Assembly: GCF_963921235.1 (NCBI RefSeq)
Contig: NC_086097.1
Coordinates: 160,768,001-160,832,000, forward strand
DNA length: 64,000 bases
Direction of reading: 5' to 3'
Origin: Mobula hypostoma
Taxonomy: Eukaryota
The position numbers and the translations under genes are program-made. Below are positions 51,440 to 64,000 of this stretch, piece after piece. Below the pieces are notes generated by a model that made no database searches, was not told the DNA's origin, and saw nothing but the letters and a program-made list of their open reading frames with translations. Every line of letters begins with the position of its first letter. Position 1 is the stretch's first letter.

Positions 51440-52400
51440 TAGTGAAAAAGCAGCATCACTGGAATTCTTTATCAAAGAACACGGTTTCACTTCCTCCTCC
51501 ATCAATGCTGTCCCCACCCATATCTCTGCCATTTTCCGCACATCTGCCTTCACTCCATCCTTTCACTGCCATAACAGGGAGAAGCTTCTCTTGTCTTGAT
51601 CTAGCACACCACAGCCTTCGTATCCAGCACATTATTCTCTGTAACATCTGCCATCTACAACGGGATCCTGCCAACTAACCACATCTTCCCGTACCCCACT
51701 CTCTACTTTCCGGAAGGCTTGTTCCCCATGTGACTTGATTTCCACTCATCCCTCCCCACCGATCTCCCTCCTGCACTTATTCCTGCAAGTTTGTCAATTA
51801 CTATATCTGACCATTCATCTCCTCCCTCACCACCACCCAGGTCCCAAAACAGTCCTTCTAGGTGAGGTGACTCTTCATGTGCAGGCCTGTCAGGGTCATT
51901 GGTTGTATCTGGTGCTCTTGGTACATTAGCCTCTGATGGTAACTCATTTCAAGTCCACTTCCCATTCCAGTGCAACTTGTCAGTCCATGGCATCCTCTAC
52001 TGTTGCAATGAGGCCACACTCAGGTTGGAGGAGCAACACCTTTTATTTCATTTGGTTAGCCTCTGACCTGATAGCATGAACATCATTTTCTCTAATTTAC
52101 AGTAATTTCTCCACTGCCTCCTACTTCTCTTTTCTCATTTCCCTATTTGGTTCCTCTCTCACCACTTCTCACCTTCCTGTCACCTCCCTCTGGTGCCCCT
52201 CCTTCTTCCATTTCTACCATGGTCTTCTGTCCTCTCCTATCAGTTTCCTTCTTCTTCAGCCTATCACCTCCCAGCTTCTTAATTCACTCCCTCCCCCACC
52301 TACCCACCATCCCGCTCACTTGGTTTCACTTATAACCTACCAACTTGTACTCCTTGCCCTCCCTCACCTTCTTTATTCCAACACCTGCAGAGTCTCTTGT
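51440..52400 (+). mobile_element. Penelope-like element fragment
   Basis: Collinear with 49090-50000 (HHSLRIQHIILCNICHLQRDP). Confidence 0.7.
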
Positions 52401-53360
52401 TCATTTGTGGTGTTGTTTGCCAGATGAGCTCTTACTCTAGTAATGTGCAGTATATATGAGATGCTTGCTTCATTGAAACCCTGGTTATGTTTGCAATACA
52501 CATACTCTGGGAAACAATGTTAACCTTTTAATTAAAAAAGATAATTCTATCTCCCTCAACAGTCGTTTTGGCCAAGTCATCTATCTCTTTATAAAAAGTC
52601 GATTTGTCCCTGGAAAGTAATTCCATGCAAATTTAATGACTATTTATCTGCTACTGTCTCACAATTTAATGTTTCAACTGTGTTTGCAGATACTTTAGGA
52701 GTTTTTTGATTTTGTAAATGTCCTCTTTGTAGATTAAGGAGCTTAGCATGCTATGTCAAGCCTTGGACTGACTTGGAAGACCTGACAAAGAGATACCATC
52801 TCAATGGTTGGGACTGGACTGTAAAGGATCAGATCACTGGTCCCTATTCAATGTGAACTGGGCTCAGATCCAGCACACCAGAGTATGGGAAAAGAGCAAA
52901 GGAGTGGATCATACTGGATGACTTATTTAAGAAGCCAACACGGGCAGGAAGGGCCAATTGCTCTGTGCTCGCTAAATGGCTAAACCCAATGAAGCTGAAT
53001 TTTTATATTTCCCTGAAATACTTTAGTTACAATTTTAGTTCATGCAATAGTGTAACATTTTCAATTACTATTTCCCACATCAGCTTAAATTTATAACAAG
53101 CAGCAAACCCAAAAAATGGTGTAGTCAAAAAATTGAATCTGATGATCTGTATTTATAAACCATAAATAAATAAAGAAAATATTTGCTTCTCCTTCTGATC
53201 ATATTTTCTATTCTTTGCTTGTGAATCAGATTAAACAAGTGATTAATATACAGGATGGTTCAGCAATTAGCATGCCAGTTGATTAACAAACTACTCTGCA
53301 GGTTAGTGTCAAGAAAATCAAAAGAGAGTTGATGGATGTTGCAAAAAAGAAGTTACAGTA

Positions 53361-53890
53361 TTGAATTGAATTGAATCGACTTTATTACTTACATTCTTCA
53401 TATACATGAGGAGTAAAAATCTTTACGTTACATCTCTGTCTAAATGTGCAATTTATAGTAATTTATAATAAATAGTATGTACAACCGGATAGTCAATATA
53501 ACACAAAAATACAGTTGTGTCAGCATGAGTTAAGCAGTCTGATGGCCTGGTGGAAGAAGCTGTCCCAGAGCCTATTAGTCCAGGCTTTAATGCTGTGGTA
53601 CCATTTCCTGGATGGTAGCAGCTGGAACAGTTTGTGGTTGGGGTGACTTGGGTCCCCAATGATCCTTTGGGCCCTTTTTACACCCCTGTCTTTGTAAATG
53701 TCTTGAATAGTGGGAAGTTCACATCTACAGATGCGCTGGGCTGTCCGCATCACTCTTTGCGGAGCCATGTGATTGAGGGAAGTACAGTTCCCATACCAGG
53801 CAGCCAGTTAGGACACTCTCGATTATGCCCCTACAGGAAGTGAGGGGCTCACACCAAACTTCTTCAACCGTCTGAAGTGAAAGAGGCCTG
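53361..53890 (-). mobile_element. Rex1/Babar-like LINE 3' part
   Basis: QRVMRTAQRICRCELPTIQDIY..LFQLLPS..DSFFHQAIRLLN; (TTGAA)n tail. Confidence 0.8.
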
Positions 53891-54212
53891 GGAGCAAGGA
53901 ATGATGCAAGGTTTAAATGAGATTTATTCATCTCTGCACTGAACTGAGGCTGTGGTCTGCAACTAATAGGCTCCTGGACCGGCTGTAGTGATGACTAGCG
54001 TTGTGGCTGTGAACTCACTTTCGTGATCTTCAGTTCTGAATGTTATTTGCTTACTTTTATTGTTTGCATGATTCATTTTTTTTTCTGCACATTGAGCTTT
54101 GACAATCTTTTTTAAATGGGTTCTATTGGGTTTCTTTGTTTTGTGGCTGCCTGTAAGGAGATGAATCTGAAGGGTGCATGTAGTATACATACTGTACTTT
54201 GATAAATGTACT

Positions 54213-54655
54213 TAGTCATAGTCATAGTCATACTTTATTGATCCCGGGGGAAATTGATTTTTGTTACAGTTGCACCATAAATAATAAATAGTAATAGAAC
54301 CATAAATAGTTAAATAGTAATATGTAAATTATGCCAGTAAATTATGAAATAAGTCCAGGACCAGCCTATTGGCTCAGGGTGTCTGACCCTCCAAGGGAGG
54401 AGTTGTAAAGTTTGATGGCCACAGGCAGGAATGACTTCCTATGACGCTCTGTGCTGCATCTCGGTGGAATGAGTCTCTGGCTGAATGTACTCCTGTGCCC
54501 ACCCAGTATGTTATGTAGTGGATGGGAGACATTGACCAAGATGGCATGCAACTTAGACAGCATCCTCTTTTCAGACACCACCGTGAGAGAGTCCAGTTCC
54601 ATCCCCACAACCTCACTGGCCTTACGAATGAGTTTGTTGATTCTGTTGGTGTCTG
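54213..54655 (-). mobile_element. Rex1-type LINE 3' end
   Basis: SEKRMLSKLHAILVNVSHPLH..RCSTERHRKSFLPVAIKLYNS; (AGTCAT)n tail. Confidence 0.75.
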
Positions 54656-54689
54656 AACTGAGGCTGTACTTTAAACAGAAGATCTGTTC

Positions 54690-55645
54690 AGGTCTCAGCT
54701 CTACTCCCTACACATTCACAACTATGTGGCCAGATTCTCCCTAACTCCATCAGCAAGTTTGCAGATGTTGGCCCTGTAACAGGCCAAATTTCAAATAATG
54801 ATGAGTCCAAGTAAAGGAAGAAGATAAGAGTGTCTAGTGACATGGTGTCATGACAACAACCCTTCCCTTAATGTCAGCAAAACGAAAGAGCTGGTCATTG
54901 ACTTCAGGAAGTAGTGGGGTATTGTGCATGGTCCTGGTTACATCAACAATGGGCTGTTGAGAGCTTCAAATTCGTAGGAATAAACATCGCCAACATGTCC
55001 TGGTCAAACCAATTGTTGGCCAGGAAAGTACACCAGTATCTCAGAAGGCTAAAGAAGTATGGTTTATCCCCTTTAACACTTACCATTTTTTATTGATGCA
55101 CCATAGGATGCATTCTATCCAGATGCGTAACAGCCTGGTATAGCTACTGCACTGCCTGAGACCACAAGAAAATGCAGGAAGTTATTGGATAAAACTCAGC
55201 ACATTATGAAAAGCAGCCTCCCCTCCATTAACCCTGTCTACACTTCTCACTGCTTCAGTAAAGCCAACATAATCATCAAAGCACCCCCCCCCCCGCCCCC
55301 CCACACAGTCATTCTCTCTTCTTTCCTCTCCTGTCTGGCAGAAGATACAAAAGCCTGAAAGTACAGTCCATCGGGCTCAAGGCCACCTTCCATCCTACTG
55401 TTATAAGACTGTTGAAAATTTCCTTAGGTTGTTGACCTCACAGACTACCTCCTCATGTTCTTATATCTTACTGTCTGCCTGTGCTGCGCTTTCCCTGTAA
55501 ATGTAGCACATTATTCAGCGTTCTGTTATTGTTCCCTTGTACTTCATCCGAGCACTGATGCGATGAATTGACCTGTATAAATGGCACGCAAAACAAAGTT
55601 TCTCTCTGTGCCTCTGTACATGGGACAATGATAAATCAATTCAAT
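54690..55645 (+). mobile_element. Decayed Rex1/Babar-like RT fragment
   Basis: aagtttgcagat (KFAD); VESFKFVGINI..YLRRLKKYG. Confidence 0.65.
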
Positions 55646-56179
55646 TTACCAATTCATATTGTGTTACGGATTGAAAACTAAACTGACTAGAACCAAATAA
55701 AATCTAATTTTATTTTTGACAAGTGAAATACTCAGTCCCGAAACAGGCAAGAAAAATAGAGTAAGGTGCCTGAAGTTGGAGAATTGAGTCCTGCAAGCTA
55801 CAACTTGCCGAGATGTAAAACAAGGTGTTGTTCCTTAAGCGTACTCTGAGTTCATTGTAACAGTGCAGGAGGACACAGGTAGAGAAGTTGCAGTGAGAGT
55901 GAGCTAGTAAGTTTGAATGCCAGGCAACCAGAAGCTCAGGGTCACTCTGGTGGATTGAGTACAGGATTGACTGCCCAATCTGTATTTGTTTTTCACTTGC
56001 TCTTCCATTTAGGCTTTCATTTGTATATTCTGGCCTCAGGTGTATCTCAACAGCTCTCTCTATAAAACATCGAGATGAAAAGGACTGCAGATGCTGAAAC
56101 CTGGTGCAAAAAAAATGGAAGAACTCAGCAGGCCAGGCAGCATCTATGGAGGGAAATGGACAGTCAACATTTTGGATTA

Positions 56180-56600
56180 ACTTTTGATCCTAGATTTGAC
56201 TCCGAGAAAAGGTGGGGCTCTTTTGATTTGAGTTAGTTAAGATGGTCCTCTTCTGATTCTTGGCTAAATGGATTTGGTTGGCGGATTGATGTCTTTCTTT
56301 TAATGGAAGCTTGTATGGCATATAGCTCCGGGTTTGTGCTCCAAATGGGTTTTTTCCCCTTTTTTTTGTTATTAGGGTTTTTTTGTTTGTTTTAGTTAGT
56401 AGGGGTTCTTTTTTCCTTTTTTCATTTTTCCAAAAACTATAGCTTTAACATTTTGTTTTTTTTCTTATTATTATTGATATACTGTTTAGCTTGGTTGATA
56501 GTTTAACTCTTATTATACATATGGATATGTTGTCTTGATTATTTTGATGTATTTTTCTTTGTTGTTGATTTTCAATAATAATTAAAAAGATTTTAAAATG
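56180..56600 (+). mobile_element. L1-like 3' fragment inserted into a Penelope terminus
   Basis: T-rich 3'UTR with A-rich tail; imperfect duplication acattttggatt / atattttgggtt splits the hammerhead region. Confidence 0.45.
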
Positions 56601-56664
56601 AAATGATATTTTGGGTTGAGGCCCTTGAAACATATAATTCAGATGAAACATTAAATTTCCAATT

Positions 56665-57475
56665 CTATAAGACATAGAAGAAGAATTAGGCCATCTGGCC
56701 CATCGAGTCGGTTCTACCATTCAGTCATGGCTGATCCTTTTTTTTAATCTCCTCCTCAACCCCAGTTCCCAGCCTTATCCCCGTAACCTTTGATGCCGTG
56801 TCCAATCAAGAACCTATCAATCTCTGCCTTAAATACACCCAACGATCTGGCCTCCTCAGCTGCATGTGGCAACAAATTCCACAAATTTACCACCCTATGG
56901 CTAAAGAAATTTCTCTGCATCTCTGTTTTGAAAGGGCGTCCCTCTATCCTGCACTCTATCCTCTTGTCCTAGACTCTCCCACTGTAGGAAACATCCTTTC
57001 CACATCCATTCTGTCTAGGCCTTTCAACATTCAAAAGATTTCAATGAGATTCCCCCCTCATCCTTCTGAATTCCAGTGAGTACAGACCCAGAGCCATCAA
57101 ACATTCCTCATATGATAATCCTTTCATTCCTGGAATCATCCTTATGAACCTCCTCTTGACCCTCTCCAATGCCAGCACATCTTTTCTAAGATGAGCGGCC
57201 CAAAACTATTCACAATACTCAAGGTGAAGTCTCACGAGTGCCTTATAAAGCCTCAGAATCACATCCTTGCTCTTGAATTCTAGACCAGTTGAAATGAATG
57301 CTAACGTGGCATTTGCCTTCCTCATCACTGACTCAACCTGCAAGTTAACCTTCAGGGTGTTCTGCACAAGGACTCTCAAGTCTCTCTGCATCTCAGATTC
57401 CTGGATTTTGTCCCCATTTAGAAAATAGTCCGCACTTTTATTTCTACCACCAAAGTGCATGACCATGCATTTTTC
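56665..57475 (-). mobile_element. CR1-clade LINE 3' part
   Basis: VMHFGGRNKSADYFLNG..QRDLRVLV..LYKALVRLHLEYC. Confidence 0.85.
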
Positions 57476-58049
57476 CCTGACCCACTGAGTTCCTTCAATG
57501 CCTTTCGTATGAATGTAAAGAAATCAGATCTCACAATATTGACAGCAAGTTACACAAATGTTATTTCACATACTGAAGTCCTTACCTTTGTACTACCCAT
57601 TGCCTTATCTCAACTTTTCTGTCCTCTCTGACCCTCTCTCTCCCAGTTCTGTTGAAGGGTCTTTGACTTGAAATACTAATTAGTTCTCGTTCCACGGATG
57701 TTGCATGAATTCCTGTGTTTTTTCAGCAATTCGTTTTTCCATTTCAGATTTCCAGCATCAGCAGATTTTTAGATAAGAATGGAACCAGGCAAATGTGGTT
57801 AAGCTAACTGGAGACTGAGGAGAAGCAAGAGAAGTTGATCTTGTAGTCAACCATATTGCAGTTGAGAGGGAATAGGATAGTTTTCCAAACTCGTGAGATA
57901 ACGTGACATTGATCAGAGTCATTTACACGCCACAGTCAGCTCCAAAATTGGACTTCTAAATCTTCATTGACAAACAACATCACTGCCCACTCCTTAAACC
58001 TCTGTTGTAAGGCTGGTTCTTTTGATGAGGAGTAATGGTATGAAAGCTG

Positions 58050-58940
58050 ATTGGCATATAGGAGGGAGATTGAAAATCTAGTGAATGGTGTCTCAACAAC
58101 ACCTCTCACTCAATGTCAGCAAAACCACAGAACTGATTATTGACTATAGAATGAAGAAACTGGAGTTCCAGTCCTTATTAGGAAATCAGAAATAGAGAGC
58201 GTCATTAACTTTATGTTCCTTGATGTTATCATATCAGAGGATCAGTCCTGGGACAGTAACTATCATAACAAAGAAGGCACCACAGTGCCTCTACTTTCTT
58301 AGACGTTTGTGTGTATTTGGCATGTCATCTAAAACTTTGACAATTTTTAATTAATGCACAGTGGGCAGCATCCCGACTGGATTCATCCCAGCCTGGATTG
58401 GAAACACCTATGCCCAAGAATAGAAAAGTCTACAAAACATGCTGGTTACAGCCCAATCCATCACAAGGAAATCCCTCCCAACCATTACGCACATCTACAA
58501 GGAGCACTGCCACAAGAAGGCAACATCCAGCATCAAGGACCACATCATCCAGGATGTGCTCTCTTCTCACTATTACCATTGGGCAGGAGGTACAGGGGTC
58601 TTTGGTCCCACACCACCAGGTTCAGGAACAGTTGTTACCCTACAACCATCAGGCTCCTGAACCAGCATGGATAACTTTACTCACCTCAACTCTGAACTGA
58701 TTTCACAACCTCTGGACCTACTTTCAAGGTCTGTACAACTTATGTCCTCAGTATTATTTACGCATTTATATTTTCATTTGCACAGTTAGTCTTTTTTGCT
58801 GACTGGTTGTCTGTCAGTCTTCGTTTATGTATAATTTCATTAATTCTATTGTATATTTTCCTGTGAATACCTGCAAGATAATGAATCTCAAGAAGGCATA
58901 TGGTGATATATATAATTTGCTAATAAATTTACTTTGAACT
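58050..58940 (+). mobile_element. Rex1/Babar-like LINE 3' part
   Basis: HHPGCALFSLLPLGRRYR..TTRFRNSCYPTTIRLLN; AATAAA at end. Confidence 0.75.
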
Positions 58941-59059
58941 GTAATCCGCTTAAACAACATTCAAAATGCTGGGGCCTTCACAGCGACAGCAGTGCTGCAC
59001 CTGCAGCTTAGATTCCAAAACTTCACCTTGTAAGTTATTAGCTTTATATGGTGCAGGTA

Positions 59060-59345
59060 AACTGAAAAAGAAATCAAAACTTTCATTGAAATGTGTTGTT
59101 TGCATCAATGACCAACACAGTCTGAGGATGTTCTGGGGGCAGCCTGCAAATGTTGCTCTGCGTCTGGCACCACCATAGCAAGCCCACAACTTACTAACCC
59201 GTATATTTTTGAATGTAGGAGGGACAGGAACACCAGAGGAAACCTACATGGTCATGAAGAGAACATGCAAACTCCTTGCAGCTTCGGTGGGGATTGAACC
59301 CTGCTTGCTGGCGCTGTAATACATTATTCTAACTGCTATGCAACC
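59060..59345 (-). mobile_element. V-SINE, decayed
   Basis: Reverse-complement V-domain (gaggaaacctacatggtcatgaagagaacatgcaaactcc) plus B-box ggggattgaaccc. Confidence 0.6.
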
Positions 59346-59859
59346 CATGTATCCCCCTACTGTGCTGCCCCTTGCATCCATCTTTTCAATAATGTTATCA
59401 TTGTGTCTGTTCCCAGATAAGTCCGTGTGCTTTACATCCCGACCTCAGAGTTCCTCCAGCATTTTGTATGTTGCTCAAGATTTCTAGCATCCGCAGCCTT
59501 CCCTTTGTCTACTTTCGAGCCTCTGTTTTCTGAGTATTTCCTTTGTGGTGCTGCAGCCACACATACTACTTCTGCAGGACTTGTGCAACAAATGGATGCC
59601 AGTTCAGTTGTCTATTTCCGCCTGAATATCTCCAATTTCCAACTAACTCCTGCTCCTGGATATTATAAATACAAACCGAGTTCTGCAGCTTTGCTCCCAC
59701 CTGGTGGTTACTTCAGACATGTGCATCTTTCAAACTACAACCCTATCAATATAATTGTTGTGCTGTTTCAACAGCTATAGAAGACCAAGGTTATTGTGTA
59801 CGTTAAAAATCAGGAACAGATCGGAAAAGTCCATGGATGTCAGCTTCTCACGCCTGTCT

Positions 59860-60060
59860 AAGTACCAGTGTAACATTCTCAGCTGACTATCCAGTATAAG
59901 ACTGAAGTAGAACCAGACTACTGGAAGTGCAGTCTCTCAGATAAAACAATAAATTCAATCCCTGTCTACTCCCACCGGTGAACATTACAGATCCCTTGAA
60001 CTTGGACCAAAAATCTCAATCGTGTGTCTTGGCCTGCATCTGAGTCCCAATCAACTAAAA
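59860..60060 (+). mobile_element. Possible ancient Deu-domain SINE remnant
   Basis: gtctctcagataaaacaataaat..ccctgtctactccc..ggtgaacattacagatccc resembles the Deu core from memory. Confidence 0.3.
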
Positions 60061-60259
60061 TTGATATTGTACAGGAAGTGCTGGAAACACTCAGCAGGTC
60101 AAAAGGTATCTGTAGGAAATGAAGCAGATTTAAAATCTTCAGTCACTGACTGTTCCTTCATCAAACAGTGAAAGAAAGTAAACTGAGGAAGTTTTAAGTT
60201 GCAGAAGGATGTGGGATGGATATTGTAGGATAATAGGAATATATCTGATGGAAATTTTA

Positions 60260-60775
60260 ACTCTCAAATTTCTACAGATGTACCATAGAGAGCATTCTAA
60301 TGGGCTGTATCACCATGTGGTATGAGGGGGCTACTGCACAGGATCGAAATAAGCTGCAGAGAGTTGTAAATTCGGTTTGTTTCATCGTGGGTGCTAGCCT
60401 CCGTACTATTCAGGACATCTTCAAGGAGCAATGCCTCAAAAAGGTGCCATCCATCATTACGGACCCCTTCACCCAGAACATGCCCTGAATCATTGCTGCC
60501 TTAAGGAAGGAGGTGCAGGAGACTCAAGGCACACGCGCAATGATTCAGGAACAGCTTCTTCCCCTTTGCCATCTGAATGGATATTGAACCTTTGAACACG
60601 ATTTCACTGTTTTTATCTTTATTTTTGCACTACTTATTTAATTTAGCAATTTTATATAACTGTAATCCACAGTTTTTTTTTGTCTATTATCATGTATTGC
60701 ATTGTACCATTGCCACAAAGACGACAAATTTCAAGACATATGCTGGTGATATTAAACCTGGTTCTGATTCTGAAT
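60260..60775 (+). mobile_element. Rex1/Babar-like 3' fragment
   Basis: GCITMWYEGATAQDRNKLQRVV; tail ttctgattctga. Confidence 0.7.
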
Positions 60776-61654
60776 GAAGCTTGGCTTGCCTTAGGGACTA
60801 GCTATTGATGAAATCATCCTGTGATAGATTAAGCAGGGTATTTAGAGAGATGAACAATGAACATAAAAACTATGCAAAAGAGGACAATTAGAGCGAGTGG
60901 AAAAAAAACAAACACAAACAAAGAAATGTAAGAGTAGAAGCTCTTACACTGTTCTTTCACTGTTTGATGAAGGAACAGTCAGTGACTGAAGGAAATAACC
61001 AGCAGATCAGGCTGTACTAGTGCAGAGAGAAAAACTGAGTCAATATTAGATATAGACAACCCATAGCATAACTGGCCTGTTCCAACAAAAGCATAAAAAA
61101 TGCATTATGTGAAGTTGTAGAACTTAGCATTGAATCTGAAAGGCTTCAATGTGCCCAGGCAGGAGATGATGAACTGTTCCCCAATCTTGTGATAGGCCTC
61201 TTCATAACAGTGCATGAATCCTGAGATAGACAGGTCAGGTGTAAAAAATTAGTTTCTATCACAAATAAGTCACTGAACTTGATTATCTGATCACTAATGC
61301 CTTTCCATTTGGGGGCTTGTGTCCACAAAGTGATGTCTGTGCTTATCAGAGATCAATAATGCAGTCACATTTGGTTCTGATATTTATTAAAAACTTGGGT
61401 ATGAATATGTGGGTAAATTTTCCAAATTTAGGAAAGATCCAACCTCTGGAAGCACAGAGTCCATGAAGGCTAAAAACAAAGTTCACAGTAAATTTATTAT
61501 CAAAGTATATATACAACCCTGAGATACATTTTCTTGCAGGCGTACTCAATAAATCCGTAATAGAATTATAACTATAATAGAATCAATGAAAGACCACTCC
61601 AATTTGGGTGTTCAACCAGTATGTAAAAAACACTAACTGTGCAAATGAGATGAG

Positions 61655-62200
61655 AAGTTGTGGTTGCATTATGGTCTGGTATGAGAACACCAATGTCTTT
61701 AAGCAGAAAATCCTACAAAAGTTAGTGGATTCAGCCCAGTACATCGCGGGTAAAGCCCTCCCAACCACTGAGCACATCTACATGAAATGTTGTTGTAGAA
61801 AAGCAGCATCCATCATCAAAAATCCTCACCACCCAGGCCATACCTTTTCTCACTGCTGCCATCAAGTAGAAGGTACAAGTGCCTCACAAATCACATCACC
61901 AGGTTCAGGAACAGTTACCCCCCCTCAATTATCAGGCTCTTGAAAAGAGGATTACTACACTTCTTCTATTTCTGGTATTCCCACAGCTAATGATCTCACC
62001 TTAAGGACTCTTTATCTTATTATTTCATGCTCATTATTTATTGCAATTTATTTATATTTGCATTTGCACATTTTGTTGTTCATTGATCCGGTTTACAGTT
62101 ATTGTTCTATAGATTTGCTAAGTATGACTGCAGGAAATTAAACCACAGGGTTGTATGATGTGACATATATGCACACGGTTAACAGGTTTTTTACTTTTAC
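61655..62200 (+). mobile_element. Rex1/Babar-like 3' fragment
   Basis: GCIMVWYENT..LQKLVDSAQYIAGKALPTTEHIY..SIIKNPHHPGH. Confidence 0.7.
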
Positions 62201-62219
62201 TTTTATTACTTCCACTTGA

Positions 62220-64000
62220 AAGTGAGTCCATTGTTTGTAGGAACATTTCAATGATGGGACAAGTGAAGTTGAATGAAGTTATCCACTTTGGTTCAAGAGC
62301 CAGATGGTTGAGAGGTAATAACTGTTCCTGAACCTGGTGGTGTCAATCCTGAGGCTCCTGTACCTTCTTCCTGATGGTAACCGTGAGAAGACCACATGTC
62401 TTGCGTGTTGGTGAGTCCCTGATAATGGACGCTGCTTTCCTGCAACAGCACTTCATATAGATGTGCTCTGGTGAAGAGGTCTTTACTCATGATGCATTGG
62501 GCCATATCCACTACTTATAGTAGGATTTTTCATTCAAGGCCAATGGTGTCTCCACACAAAGCTCTGATGCAACCAGTCAATATACACTCCACTACACTTC
62601 TATAGGAGTTTGTCAAAGTTTCAGACGTCACGCTGAATCTCTGCGAACTCCTAAGGAAGTAGAGGCACTGCTGTGCTTTCTTCATAATTACATTTACGTG
62701 CTGGGCCCAGGGAAAGTCCTCCAAAATAATAACACCAAGGATTTTAAAGTTGCTGACCCTCTCTATCTCTGATCCTCCGATGGGGACTGCCACATAGACC
62801 TTTGCTGACATTGAGTGAGAGGTTGTTATAGTGGCACCATTCAGCCAGATTTTCAATCTCCCTCCGAAATGCTGTTTTGTCTTCACCTTTGGTTCAATCC
62901 ACAACAGTGGTGTCATCAGCAAACTAGAATATGGTATTGGAGCTGTGCTCAGCCACACAGTCTTAAGTGTAAAGCGAGTAGAGCAGGGGGCTAAGCACAC
63001 AGCCCTGTGGTGCACCTGTGCTGACGGGCAACATGGAGGAGATGTTGTTGCCAATCTGAACTGACTGGGTCTGCAAGTGAAGAAATCGAAGGTCCAATTG
63101 CCCAAAGAGGTACTGAAGCCAAGATCTTGAAGCTTATTGATTAGTTTTGAGGGATGATAGTATTGAATGCAGAGCTGTAGTTGATAAAGGGCATCCTGAT
63201 GTATGTATGTATCTTTGCTGCCTAGATGTTCCAGGGTTCAGTGAAGAGCCTGTGAGTTGGCATCTACTGTTGACCTGGTGCACTGAAAAACAAATTGGAG
63301 TGAATCCAAATCGCTTCTCAGGCAGGAGTGGATATGTTTCATCACCAACCTCTCAAAGCACTTATCATTGTGGATGTAAGTGCTGATGGACGATAGTCAT
63401 TGAGCCAGGTTACCACGGTCTTCTTAGCACGCTTGAAGCAGGTGGGAACGTCAGACTGCCAAACCGAGAGGTAGGCATCTCAGTGAAGACTCCAGCCAGT
63501 TGATTAGCACAGTTTTTAGTACTTGGCCAGATATCCCACCTGGGCTGGATGTATTTTGTGGGTTCACCCTTCTGAAGGCCCACTCACATGTCAGCCTCAG
63601 AGACTGAAATCACAGGATCATTGTGGGTGGTGGGTGTTCGTGATGTTTCTTCCATGTCTTGATGGTCAAAGTGACATCAAAGACATTGGGCTCAACTGGA
63701 AACAAAGCCCTGGTGTTGCCAAAGGTGCTTGATTTAACTTTATAAGAAGTAATAGTATACAAGCCTTGCCGCAACTGTCGAGTATCCTTCATTGATTCAT
63801 GTTTAGCCCAGAGCTGTCACTTTGCCCATGAGATGGCTTTCTAGAGATCGTACCTGGACCTCTTGTAATTTTCTTGGTCACCAGACTTGAATGCCTCTGA
63901 TCTAGCCCTCAGCAGATTGCAGCTCTTATGGTCATTCTGGGCTTCTCATTGCAGAAGATTGAATGATTTTGTGGAGACACTCTCATCTACAACTATATTA
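62220..64000 (-). mobile_element. Rex1/Babar-like LINE RT region, decayed, running off the window end
   Basis: IERVSNFKILGVIILED..KKAQQCLYFLRS..YRSVVECILTGCI; frameshifted GAPQGCVL and KFADD. Confidence 0.85.

Noticed and set aside
62530..63105. 191-aa ORF as a gene
   Set aside because: It is a frameshift chimera of out-of-frame and in-frame Rex1/Babar RT sequence.
1..64000. Most entries in the ORF track as host genes
   Set aside because: They are short fragments of decayed LINE/Penelope ORFs, their antisense frames, or chance ORFs with alternative starts. The real gene is split into exons that the track misses.
1..64000. CRISPR array or other prokaryotic system
   Set aside because: No regularly spaced repeat-spacer array and no operon-like gene density; spliceosomal introns and vertebrate TEs show the DNA is eukaryotic.

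Overview
Eukaryotic (vertebrate) genomic DNA, AT-rich and CpG-depleted. The repeat content (CR1, Rex1/Babar, Penelope-like and V-SINE copies) suggests a cartilaginous fish, probably a ray; this is an inference. One host gene is supportable: a + strand PRL/PTP4A phosphatase with five coding exons (10328-10432, 12078-12170, 26395-26525, 27259-27333, 28377-28494; 173 aa; all introns GT-AG). None of these exons appears in the ORF track. The protein is PTP4A3-like at its ends, PTP4A2-like in the middle, and ends in an atypical CAIV CaaX box. Its 5' leader holds a 21-aa uORF (MEFVRNSSGYCPAQHNIFADK) resembling the conserved Mg2+-responsive PRL uORF, overlapped by a second uORF. A TE-poor ~6 kb region follows the stop codon (probable long 3'UTR). 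The rest is mostly decayed, often nested transposons, including Penelope-like termini with hammerhead-ribozyme cores in inverted arrangement and a CpG-rich Tigger element with an internal hairpin. Exon, uORF and TSD coordinates were counted by hand; TE boundaries are approximate.
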